Shown piece by piece: positions 18,082 to 26,884 of a stretch of 64,000 bases of DNA. Source of the DNA: Thermoplasmatota archaeon (lineage in GTDB: Archaea; Thermoplasmatota; E2; JACPAO01; JAHFTW01); assembly GCA_041601615.1 (NCBI GenBank), contig JBFIHX010000010.1, positions 1 through 64,000 of the forward strand, given 5' to 3'. Position 1 is the stretch's first letter, and every line of letters begins with the position of its first letter. Made by a program: the position numbers and the translations under genes. Under the pieces are notes generated by a model, which was given only the letters and a program-made list of their open reading frames with translations, was not told where the DNA came from and made no database searches.

Positions 18082-19130
18082 GGACGTTCTCCGAGGACGG
18101 GAAGGGCCGGGTTGACGGCGAGGCCGGGCCGGCGGCGCGTGGGGCCTGGAACGGGATCGGCAGGGAGCACCAACGCATCAAGCGGGGCACCTCGGGTGGG
18201 CGGAAGCGCCGGAGGGAGCCCCAGGAGGGCGCGGCCGTTGTGGGTTGCCATGCGCAGTAGCTCGGGGGTGCTTGCGGTGGGGTCGGCGGCGCGTAGGAGT
18301 GCCAATTCACTCCAGATGTTGCCGTCTTGCAACATGCCGTTGTCGGTTCCGACCGCGATGGTACATTGGGCTTCGCGCAAGGCAGCAAGGGGGACGCGCC
18401 AGCCAAAGTGGGCGTTGCTGCGGGGGCAGACGACCACGGGGACGCGGGCGGCGGCGAGGGCCTCAAAGTCGCGGGCTGTGCCTTGGGTCATGTGGACGAC
18501 GAAGCTTGGCTCCCAGCTCAAGACGAGATCCATGTCGTCGCGGGCGTCCTCCGAGACGTGGATGGCGAACGGCTTTCGGGCTTCGTGGCTCGCGTTGGCC
18601 CAGGCTTCGATGTGCTTGGGTTTCATGTCGCGCACCCCGGAAAGTCCGATGCCGTCGGCGGCGTCGAGAACGGCTTCGATTTCTCGTTCGTCGACGCCGC
18701 CTTTTGCGGGCCGCCCCAGGATGACAGGGTTTGCGTCCAATTCGAGGCTACGAAGCCACTGTATGCCGCCGAGGCCGCCTTCTCGAAAGTCGAGGAAGGA
18801 GCCGGTGCCGCAGCCAGCCATTTCGCCAACGTATGCGGCCGTCGCCTCGGCTTGCTTGGACGGGTCGGCTTGGGCAAGTTGTTGGTGTTTCCAGCCGCCG
18901 GGCCCAAATAGTTCTGCAACCGAGTGGGGTTTTCCGGGGCGATTACGAAGGAACGCGTCGGCGACGTGGGTATGGGCGTTGACGGCACTGGGGACAATCC
19001 AACCCGTGGCGCGGGCGGGACCGGGTGCTTCACCCTTGCCCCAAGAGAGCACGCGGCCGCGTTCGACTTGGACCCAGCCTTCCGGCTCGCGGTCGGCAAG
19101 CAGGAGGCGTCCGGCAAACAAGTCGGCCAC
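18078..19130 (-). CDS. Metal-dependent amidohydrolase (nucleoside deaminase-like)
   Basis: NAHTH, DFREGG, IHVSE, VHMT, CPRSN, GTDN. Confidence 0.88.
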   Translation of the reverse strand: MADLFAGRLLLADREPEGWVQVERGRVLSWGKGEAPGPARATGWIVPSAVNAHTHVADAFLRNRPGKPHSVAELFGPGGWKHQQLAQADPSKQAEATAAYVGEMAGCGTGSFLDFREGGLGGIQWLRSLELDANPVILGRPAKGGVDEREIEAVLDAADGIGLSGVRDMKPKHIEAWANASHEARKPFAIHVSEDARDDMDLVLSWEPSFVVHMTQGTARDFEALAAARVPVVVCPRSNAHFGWRVPLAALREAQCTIAVGTDNGMLQDGNIWSELALLRAADPTASTPELLRMATHNGRALLGLPPALPPTRGAPLDALVLPADPVPGPTRRRPGLAVNPALPVLGERP

Positions 19131-19188
19131 GGGTCGCGCCAGTCGGCTTCACGACAAAGCCTTGAGCCTTCGACGCGGTGCCGAGTCG

Positions 19189-20658
19189 ATGAAGGTCATG
19201 GCCCTGGATGCGGGCACCACGGGCATCACGGCATTGGTGCTGGATGAGTCGCGCCGCATCGTGGGGCGGGCGTACCAGGAATTTGACCAACATTTTCCGA
19301 GGCCCGGCCGGGTGGAGCACGATGCGTCGGAAATTTGGGCAGTGGCGCAGACCGTGTTGGAGGCGGCGCTCGCAAATGCAGGGGCCGAGGTGGCGGAGGT
19401 GGCGGCCCTTGGAATCACGAACCAGCGCGAGACGACGGTGCTTTGGGACCGCACCACGGGCCAGCCCGTGCACAACGCTCTCGTCTGGCAGGACAGGCGC
19501 ACGGCTGATCTTTGCGACGAGCTACGGCCGGCGTGGCAAGATCGCGTCCGAGCCAAAACTGGGCTTGTCCTGGATCCCTATTTTTCAGCCACAAAACTGC
19601 ATTGGCTCCTGGAAAACGTGGCCGGAGCGCGAGAACGGGCGGCACGGGGAGAACTGGCCTTCGGAACCATCGACACTTGGCTTGCGTGGAACCTCACGGG
19701 CCAGCACGTCACGGACCCCACGAACGCGAGCCGAACCATGCTCTGGGACATTCACAAGGGCGCCTGGGACCAGGAACTCTTGGATTTGTTCGGCGTCCCG
19801 GTAAGTGTTCTGCCAGACGTGGTTCCAAGCAGCCACATCGTCGGCGCCATCCAAAACGGCCCTCTTTCGGGTGTGCCCGTCGCCGCGCTCGTGGGCGACC
19901 AGCAAGCGGCCTTGTTTGGGCAGCGATGCTTCGAGGCGGGGCAAGCCAAGAACACCTACGGAACCGGTTGTTTCCTGCTCCAACACACGGGCACGGAGGC
20001 AGTCGAAAGCCAGCACGGACTCCTGACAACTCGTGCCGCCAGCATCGGAAATGGCCCCGCGCAATTTGCCCTCGAAGGCAGCGTCTTCGTCGGCGGAGCC
20101 GCGATTCAATGGCTGCGCGACGGCCTCAAGATGATCGACGAGGCACTCGGCGTCAACAACGAGGCTGAAAAGACCGAAGACAGCGGCGGCGTGGTCGTGG
20201 TGCCCGCGTTTGCAGGCCTTGGAGCACCCTACTGGGACCCGCACGCACGCGGCGCCGTCCTAGGATTGACGCGGGGCACGAGCCGGCGCCACATCGCCCG
20301 CGCCACCCTGGAAAGCATCGCGTTTCAGAGCGCCGACGTACTGAAGGCCATGGAGTCAGACAGTGGACTGCGGCTGCCCGAGTTGCGCGTAGACGGCGGA
20401 GCCACCCAAAGCGACATTCTCATGCAATTTCAAGCGGACCTTCTGGGTCGGCCCGTGGTTCGCCCTGCGGACGTGGAATCGACCGCGCTCGGAGCGGCGT
20501 ACCTGGCCGGCCTCGCTGTGGGAGCATGGAACCTTGCAGACTTGGCGAAAGTGCCGCCGGGAGCGACGGTGTTCGAGCCGCAAGAACGGGAGGGAATGGA
20601 GGAAAAGAAGAGGAGTTGGGAAAGAGCGGTGGATGCCGTGCGGGCGTTTGGAGGTTAG
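19189..20658 (+). CDS. glpK: Glycerol kinase
   Basis: ALDAGTT, GITNQRET, VWQDRRT, DPYFSATK, GDQQAA, KNTYGTG, GLGAPYW. Confidence 0.95.
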   Translation: MKVMALDAGTTGITALVLDESRRIVGRAYQEFDQHFPRPGRVEHDASEIWAVAQTVLEAALANAGAEVAEVAALGITNQRETTVLWDRTTGQPVHNALVWQDRRTADLCDELRPAWQDRVRAKTGLVLDPYFSATKLHWLLENVAGARERAARGELAFGTIDTWLAWNLTGQHVTDPTNASRTMLWDIHKGAWDQELLDLFGVPVSVLPDVVPSSHIVGAIQNGPLSGVPVAALVGDQQAALFGQRCFEAGQAKNTYGTGCFLLQHTGTEAVESQHGLLTTRAASIGNGPAQFALEGSVFVGGAAIQWLRDGLKMIDEALGVNNEAEKTEDSGGVVVVPAFAGLGAPYWDPHARGAVLGLTRGTSRRHIARATLESIAFQSADVLKAMESDSGLRLPELRVDGGATQSDILMQFQADLLGRPVVRPADVESTALGAAYLAGLAVGAWNLADLAKVPPGATVFEPQEREGMEEKKRSWERAVDAVRAFGG

Positions 20659-20684
20659 AAAAAGAGGGAGGAGTTACCCAAGAT

Positions 20685-20801
20685 TTACTTCCGGGTCGTG
20701 CCGGCATCGCTGCGCTTCTTGCGCCACGTGCCGTCTTGGTTCCTGGCGCGGGGCTGCTTTCCCACATGGGGAATCCCTTTGCCTGCTCTGCGATCTGTCA
20801 T
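20685..20801 (-). CDS. Tiny basic protein (38 aa from ATG 20801, or 26 aa from GTG 20765)
   Basis: Manual translation ...GKQPRARNQDGTWRKKRSDAGTTRK*, followed by a pyrimidine/T tract; below the ORF track cutoff. Confidence 0.55.
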   Translation of the reverse strand: MTDRRAGKGIPHVGKQPRARNQDGTWRKKRSDAGTTRK

Positions 20802-20904
20802 CGCAGTGAAGACGAGCAAAACAGGATATTTGGGAAAGAGGGAGGAGTGGGTAAAATCTCTGTTCGGCCGATGAAACCGAACATATCCTTAAACGAAGGA
20901 TTCT

Positions 20905-22254
20905 CTACGCCTTGACCGCCTTCATCGCGTCGCGCAGGACACCCATGGCGCCATCCACTTGGTTTTCCTTGATCGTCAAGGGCGGGATGAAACGGATGCC
21001 GCTCTTGCCGCAGCCAAGCAGAATCAGGCCGCGCTTCCAGGCTTCCGTCTCTACCTTGTCACGGAGCTTCGAGTCAGGGCTTCCGTCGGGCTTGACGAAT
21101 TCGATGGCGCGCATGAGGCCGAGACCGCGGTGGTCGCCTACACTCTTGTGGGCTTCCTTGATTTCGTCGAGGTGGCGGCCCATGTGGTCGCCCATTTTGC
21201 GGCTGTTTTCCACGAGGCCTTCCTGTTCGATGACGTCAATGGTGGCAAGCGAGCTTGCGCAGGCCAAGAGGTTGCCGCCGTAGGTGTTGCTGTGGCTGCC
21301 CTTGGTTTCAAAGTCCAGGTCCTCGCGGATGACCGTGGCGCCGATGGGGAGGCCGCTGCCCATCGCTTTGGCGATGGTCATAATGTCGGCCTTGATGCCG
21401 TAGTGCTCGGTGCCGAACATTTTGCCCGTGCGCCCGAAGCCGGTTTGCACTTCGTCGGCCACCAAGAGAATGCCGTGCTCGTCGCAGAGCGACCGGAGGG
21501 CCTTGGGAAACATCTTCGGAGGCACGATGTAGCCGCCTTCTCCTTGCACCGGCTCCCAAAACAGTGCAGCGACTTCGTCGGGCGGCAGGTTCCAAGTGAA
21601 GGTCTGTTCGATGAAGTCGATGCAGCGGTTCGTCAGTTCCTGCGGCTCTTCGTAGCCGTCGATGCCCCAGGTGTTGCGGAAGGGATTGGCAAACGGAACG
21701 TGCGTCACGCCGGGCATGGTCGGGAAGTAGCCGCGCTTTTGCACTGGTTTGCTGGCAGTGAGGCTGACGGCACCCATGGTGCGACCGTGGAAGGCGCCCT
21801 GGAACGCAAGGAATTGGTGTCGGCCACTGGCTTGCTTGCTGATTTTGATGGCTGCTTCAATGGCTTCTGCGCCGCTGTTGGCGTAGAACATCTTGCGGTT
21901 GCGGCCCGGAATCGGCACCATCTTCGTGATGCGCTCGGCAAGGCTCACCTGGGCATCGTAGTAGAAGTCGGTGCCCGCAAAGTGCATGAGGTGGGCTGCT
22001 TGGTCTTGGACCGCTTTGACGACCGTGGGGTGGCTGTGGCCGGTGTTCATGACGCCGATGCCGGCGGCAAAGTCCAGGAATACGTTGCCATCCACGTCTT
22101 CCACGACGACACCCTTGCCGCGCTTGGCGACCACGGGAGCCGTCTTCGTGGTCGTCACGAGGGCGCGGTCGTCACGGCGGACGATTTTCTTGGCCTCAGG
22201 GCCTGGAATGCTGGTCTTGATGCGAGGCTTTGCCTCGGTTCCACGGATCGCCAT
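20905..22254 (-). CDS. Class III PLP aminotransferase (4-aminobutyrate/ornithine aminotransferase-like)
   Basis: SGAEAIE, FHGRT, EPVQGEGG, DEVQTGFGRTG, IAKAMGSG. Confidence 0.9.
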   Translation of the reverse strand: MAIRGTEAKPRIKTSIPGPEAKKIVRRDDRALVTTTKTAPVVAKRGKGVVVEDVDGNVFLDFAAGIGVMNTGHSHPTVVKAVQDQAAHLMHFAGTDFYYDAQVSLAERITKMVPIPGRNRKMFYANSGAEAIEAAIKISKQASGRHQFLAFQGAFHGRTMGAVSLTASKPVQKRGYFPTMPGVTHVPFANPFRNTWGIDGYEEPQELTNRCIDFIEQTFTWNLPPDEVAALFWEPVQGEGGYIVPPKMFPKALRSLCDEHGILLVADEVQTGFGRTGKMFGTEHYGIKADIMTIAKAMGSGLPIGATVIREDLDFETKGSHSNTYGGNLLACASSLATIDVIEQEGLVENSRKMGDHMGRHLDEIKEAHKSVGDHRGLGLMRAIEFVKPDGSPDSKLRDKVETEAWKRGLILLGCGKSGIRFIPPLTIKENQVDGAMGVLRDAMKAVKA

Positions 22255-22385
22255 GTTTGTTTCCTCCGAAATTCGTAGATGCTACTCATAGGGGTTGTGC
22301 ATAGCCCTGTCGGTCCCGGCCAGGGGGTTTTCGTTGCGGATACCGCAGCGTTCATATGTCTGCCCAAGTGGGCCCGACGCCCAAG

Positions 22386-22562
22386 TTAGGTGCGCGCTCG
22401 AAATCCGATTCGTTCAAGGTTGGCAAAAAGCCCCGCATCCCGCAACTCGCGCAAACTTCGCCCCATGTTTTCTGGCCGGAGCGGGCACAGCAGGCACTCG
22501 GGTTCGGACTGGCAGCAGGCGGCGACTCGCAATTCCGGCGTCTCGATGGGGTCGCCTTGCAC
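22386..22562 (-). CDS. Cys-rich micro-protein B (58 aa)
   Basis: GTG overlaps the TAG of the upstream ORF; ACCQSEPECLLCPLRPENMGRSLRELRDAGLF. Confidence 0.7.
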   Translation of the reverse strand: MQGDPIETPELRVAACCQSEPECLLCPLRPENMGRSLRELRDAGLFANLERIGFRART

Positions 22563-22717
22563 TACAGCAGCCCTTCTCTGAGGATATCCTTGAGGCTGCG
22601 GTTGGCATTTTTGGCCTTGAAGGGGCAGTTGGCGCACTGGACTTCGGAATCGCAGCACGCTTGCAGCCGCCGAACCTCGTCGCCTGTGCGGGGGGCGCGC
22701 CCAAGCCATCGATTCAT
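22562..22717 (-). CDS. Cys-rich micro-protein A (51 aa)
   Basis: Manual translation MNRWLGRAPRTGDEVRRLQACCDSEVQCANCPFKAKNANRSLKDILREGLL*; paralogous to micro-protein B. Confidence 0.7.
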   Translation of the reverse strand: MNRWLGRAPRTGDEVRRLQACCDSEVQCANCPFKAKNANRSLKDILREGLL

Positions 22718-22741
22718 GCGCGCATCCTACCGGCGGTCATG

Positions 22742-23152
22742 CTAGCCGTATTCCTTGAGAATGAGGCGGCTGCGCGTGGCGCGGGTGCCGGGAATCTCAC
22801 GGATGCGGTCGATGATTTCGTTGAGTTTGCCCGGCGTCTGGCAATCGGCTACCACGACAATGTCATCGTCGCCGGTCAGTTCCCAGAGCGCCTCGATGCC
22901 CTCCCATTGGCCAATTTGCTCGGCGATGTTGCTCGTGTGCACGTTGCTTTCGACGCGGACTTCGATGAGCGCCTTCACAGCCTGGCCGGCGGTGCGGACG
23001 GTGAATTTGGAAATGACGCCATCGTCGACCATGCGCTTGACACGGGCGCGGACGGTCCCTTCGCTGGTGCCGACCGCTTTTGCGAGGTTCGTGAACGATT
23101 CGCGGGCGTTCTGGCGCAGCAGACGCAACAGGTGGCGGTCGACGTCGTCCAT
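22742..23152 (-). CDS. Lrp/AsnC family transcriptional regulator
   Basis: MDDVDRHLLRLLRQNARESFTNLAKAVGTSEGTVRARVKRM HTH plus RAM domain (ELTGDDD). Confidence 0.92.
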   Translation of the reverse strand: MDDVDRHLLRLLRQNARESFTNLAKAVGTSEGTVRARVKRMVDDGVISKFTVRTAGQAVKALIEVRVESNVHTSNIAEQIGQWEGIEALWELTGDDDIVVVADCQTPGKLNEIIDRIREIPGTRATRSRLILKEYG

Positions 23153-23248
23153 GGAGGGTCGTTCCACGGGCCAAACCTTGATGACGCTTGTGGGGTGTGC
23201 CGTGAAGTTGGCACAGAACCTTTGAATCGAACCGAGGTCGCCGCGCCC

Positions 23249-24739
23249 ATGCACAAGACACTCATGATGGTCGCCCTCCTGGCCACCACCGTTCTTGCCG
23301 GCTGCCTCAGCGGCGACGGCAACGAGCCAAACAATCCCATCACCGAATGCACCCCGGGCACCATGGACAAGGATGGCGTGGTGCTCGCCTTGCCCACGGA
23401 CGACATCATCCCCGTGGACCGCGACGTGTGGGACTTCTCCGCCACCAACTACCGCACGTGCAGCCTCGAAAAAGTAGGCCACACGGCACTACGCTTTGAC
23501 GCCGACGGCACCCCGAACCCCCACCGCTACATCGGCGAGATCGACATGAAGGCCGACTTGAATCTCGGCGCCGTAGCAGTACTTGGAAACGGCGAAGCGG
23601 CCGCCGTGTACCTCCTCGACATCAGCGACCGCGCCAACCCCACGGTGCTTTCGCGCATCGACCAGCAAAACGTCTACATCACCGACGTAAAACTGAGCAC
23701 CGACGGCGCCTTCCTCTTCACCGCCAGCCAAACCATCCCGACCAGCCCCGAACCCGACACGGATCTCGAAGTCAACACCCCCGTCGGTTTCTCCGCCTAC
23801 AACATCCGCGACCCCTCCAATCCCGTATGGGTCAACACCTTCGTACAACCCCAAGGCATCGGCTGCCACATGCTCGCCTACCAAATGATTCAGGGCGTTG
23901 ACGTGGTGGTCTGCATCGGCCAAACCGTGCGCATCTTCGGCCTCGACCGCATCCCCACAGGCGGCCTCATCACCCGTGGCTTCGTCGACTACCTACCCGA
24001 GGGCGCCATGGGCATCCCCACCTTGCCCTACAACAACCTCGTAGGCAACCCCGGCGGCCTCCTGCCCGAATACCCGCACGACGCAAGCTTTGCCACCGAC
24101 CCCACCACGGGCCAAGTGCTGCTCGCCGTCGCACACTGGAGCACCGGTGTTCGCCTCGTAGACCTCAGCGACGCACCCATGGCCACCGAACTCGGCTCCT
24201 GGCAAGGGGAAGGCGCCACGCACTACAACGGCGACATCCACTCCGCGCAAGTAGTCTACGCCGACGGCAAACGCTACATCATCGCCAGCCCCGAAATCCG
24301 CGGCGGCGAATTCGTCCCCAGCATCTGGATCCTCGACGCCACCGACCCCGCCGACATGCACCTCGTCGCCGAATGGTACCACCCCTGCGAATGCAAAACC
24401 CCCGGCCTCCTCATGACCACGCACCAATGGCAAGTCGCCCCACAAGGCCTCGACGTGTCCTCCATGGACGTGCGCATCTACTTGACCATGAACCACGCCG
24501 GCATCTGGGTACTGAACCTCGGATCCATTCTGGCAGGAGACAACGCGGGCGCCGTCGAAGGCTTCCACATGAGCCGCGCCGCCCTCTCCGAAGACTCCTA
24601 CCCCTTTGCTGCCACCTACAGCACCTGGGACGTCAACGTCATCGACGGGTACATCTACGGCAGCGACCGCGCCACCGGCCTCTGGGTGTTCGATTTTGAC
24701 GGCGACGAGAATGTTCCCGCTACGACCGGATACGCATAA
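23249..24739 (+). CDS. LVIVD-repeat beta-propeller lipoprotein
   Basis: LAGC lipobox; repeated LLDISDRANP / AYNIRDPSNP / LVDLSD / ILDATDP; SDRATGLWV. Confidence 0.8.
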   Translation: MHKTLMMVALLATTVLAGCLSGDGNEPNNPITECTPGTMDKDGVVLALPTDDIIPVDRDVWDFSATNYRTCSLEKVGHTALRFDADGTPNPHRYIGEIDMKADLNLGAVAVLGNGEAAAVYLLDISDRANPTVLSRIDQQNVYITDVKLSTDGAFLFTASQTIPTSPEPDTDLEVNTPVGFSAYNIRDPSNPVWVNTFVQPQGIGCHMLAYQMIQGVDVVVCIGQTVRIFGLDRIPTGGLITRGFVDYLPEGAMGIPTLPYNNLVGNPGGLLPEYPHDASFATDPTTGQVLLAVAHWSTGVRLVDLSDAPMATELGSWQGEGATHYNGDIHSAQVVYADGKRYIIASPEIRGGEFVPSIWILDATDPADMHLVAEWYHPCECKTPGLLMTTHQWQVAPQGLDVSSMDVRIYLTMNHAGIWVLNLGSILAGDNAGAVEGFHMSRAALSEDSYPFAATYSTWDVNVIDGYIYGSDRATGLWVFDFDGDENVPATTGYA

Positions 24740-24822
24740 TCCCCGCACAGATTGGACACGTTGAGCAACTGTTCGAACATCGTCCAGCTTCCTTTATCCC
24801 CTTCACCCAGTTCATTCCCTGC

Positions 24823-26730
24823 ATGCGACGAACGTCGGCCGCCTTTCTTGCGGTCCTCCTCTGCTCCGGTCTAGCCTTTGTACCGCCCACCGCCGCCCAG
24901 CCCCAAAGCGTCTGGACCGTCTTTACCACCGTCCAAGCCGAAGTCCATGACAACTACGCCATCGTAGACGTCATCGCCGACATTGGCAACCGCGGCCCCG
25001 ACCCCGAATTTCCCTTCCAAGTTCTGATTCCCGATGGCGGCTTCGTCACCGGCCTCAAGGTCGAACGCGACGGCCAAGTATGGATCGCCGACGTGAAGGA
25101 AAAGGAAACGGCGCGCACAGAATACGAAGACGAAAAGGCCAAGGAACACACCGCCGCCCTCGTCGAAAAGCGCCGCGGCACCCAGCTCTTTGCCTTCCTC
25201 GTCAACGTTGCCGAATTCCAAAACGTCCGCGCCACCCTGCGCTACGAAGTACTGCTCGCCGCTGACCAAGACATCTACAACCTACCCCTAGAAGCCCCCG
25301 TCAGCGGCTTCGGACAAGACCTCGGCGCCGCATTCCACGTCCGCATCAACCACTTGGACGGCGTCACCGTTGCCTGGAGCGACGAATCCAGTGGCTTCCG
25401 GCAACAAGGCTCCACCTGGATCTTGGACCACAGCGTAGGCGCACGGCCCGACGACCGCAGCACACCCCTCAACGTCCACTACAGCCTCCCACCCACCCCC
25501 GACGGAGGCAGTCTCGTGGTCAGTGGCGACTCCGTAGGCGGCGTCTTTGCGCATCGCTTTCGCGCCCCACCCGACGAAACCCGCCTGCCCCTAGACCTCG
25601 TCATGGTCCTCGACACCAGCGGCAGCATGAGCGGCCAAAAAATCGCCCAACTACGCGACGCCGCCGGCCAAGTCGTCGCCCGACTCACCAGCAACGACCG
25701 CATCGCACTCGTCCCCTTCGACAGCCAAGCCGACACCTCCTGGGGTGGCCTGCGCGCGGCTGACACCGTCAACCGGACCGCCGCCGTAGACGAAGTGACC
25801 TCCATCTTTGCCGGCGGAGGCACCAACATCGAAGACGGATTACGCCAAGGCTGGAACGCACTCGGCGAAGCCGACCCCGAACGCAGCCGCATCATCGTCT
25901 TCTTGACCGACGGCCTTGCAAGCGTTGGAAAAACCGACCGCGAAGGCCTCCTTACCCAAGCACGCAGCTACGACGACAGCGTCCGCCTCTTCGGACTCGC
26001 ATTCGGAGAAGGCGCAGACTGGCAACTCGTCTCCGCCCTCGCCAAACAACACGGCGGCAGCGCCCTGCTTGTCCCCAGCGGCACCGGCGCCGAAGTGGAC
26101 ATCCGCGCCTTCATGGCCGCCCTCACAACACCCGTACTCGAAGACGTCCACGCAGCCTACGAAGGCAACGTCGTCGCATTCGAAACCGGCGCCCCCATCC
26201 TGTTTGCCGGCTCCGAATTGCTCATCATCGGCACCTACGCCGGCATGGACTCCCTCACAGGCACCGTCACCGGCCGCAGCGCCGAAGGCCCCCGCAGCTA
26301 CGAATTTGCGGCTCCCGTGCCGAGCGAACAAAGCCCCTGGCTGCCCCGACTCGTAGCCGCCGCGACCATTCGCCACTACGAGGACTTGATCCACGCCGAG
26401 GGCGAACGCACCGAATGGAGCAACGCCATCAAGGGCCTCGCGCTCGAATACGGCTTCGTCACGGACTACACCAGCCTCGTACTGCGCACCGAAGTGGACG
26501 ACCCGGAATCGGGCAGCGTCGGGCAACCGATGCAGCTTTCCGACTCCCGCTCCGGAGGATTCCCCGTACTGCCCGAGACACCCTCGACGCCACCCATGGC
26601 CCCTGCCACACCCAGCGGTCCCGGCAACAACGCACTCCCCACCGGACAAGACGACACCAGCACCCCCAGCCCCCTCTGGGCGCTGCTCGTCGCCCTCGGC
26701 GTCGCCCTCGTCGTCGCCCGCCGCCGCTAG
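24823..26730 (+). CDS. Secreted VIT + von Willebrand A domain protein with C-terminal anchor
   Basis: Signal peptide; VIT motif KEKETARTEYE; MIDAS DTSGS, GGTNI, FLTDG; FVTDYTS; TM-RRR tail. Confidence 0.88.
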   Translation: MRRTSAAFLAVLLCSGLAFVPPTAAQPQSVWTVFTTVQAEVHDNYAIVDVIADIGNRGPDPEFPFQVLIPDGGFVTGLKVERDGQVWIADVKEKETARTEYEDEKAKEHTAALVEKRRGTQLFAFLVNVAEFQNVRATLRYEVLLAADQDIYNLPLEAPVSGFGQDLGAAFHVRINHLDGVTVAWSDESSGFRQQGSTWILDHSVGARPDDRSTPLNVHYSLPPTPDGGSLVVSGDSVGGVFAHRFRAPPDETRLPLDLVMVLDTSGSMSGQKIAQLRDAAGQVVARLTSNDRIALVPFDSQADTSWGGLRAADTVNRTAAVDEVTSIFAGGGTNIEDGLRQGWNALGEADPERSRIIVFLTDGLASVGKTDREGLLTQARSYDDSVRLFGLAFGEGADWQLVSALAKQHGGSALLVPSGTGAEVDIRAFMAALTTPVLEDVHAAYEGNVVAFETGAPILFAGSELLIIGTYAGMDSLTGTVTGRSAEGPRSYEFAAPVPSEQSPWLPRLVAAATIRHYEDLIHAEGERTEWSNAIKGLALEYGFVTDYTSLVLRTEVDDPESGSVGQPMQLSDSRSGGFPVLPETPSTPPMAPATPSGPGNNALPTGQDDTSTPSPLWALLVALGVALVVARRR

Positions 26731-26884
26731 AAGCGCCGCCACCCGGCCCTCAGCGACGCGTCGCGCCCAGTCCCCCCCCCCTCCACCCCACTTCTTCCCG
26801 CTTTTGCCCGCTCCTCCCCTCTTCATCCACCTTCACCCACACCAATCCTTTTTCTGAGAGCCCAGTGTCGCGGGGGCCCAGCCG

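Noticed and set aside
17371-19188. Apparent 1095-aa glycerol kinase fusion
   Set aside because: The N-terminal part is an antisense shadow of two real minus-strand genes; GlpK motifs begin at ATG 19189.
22295-23248. Long N-terminal extension of the LVIVD protein, or a structured RNA in this interval
   Set aside because: The interval is explained by the minus-strand Lrp and two micro-protein genes. The signal peptide starts at 23249, and I found no RNase P or SRP consensus.
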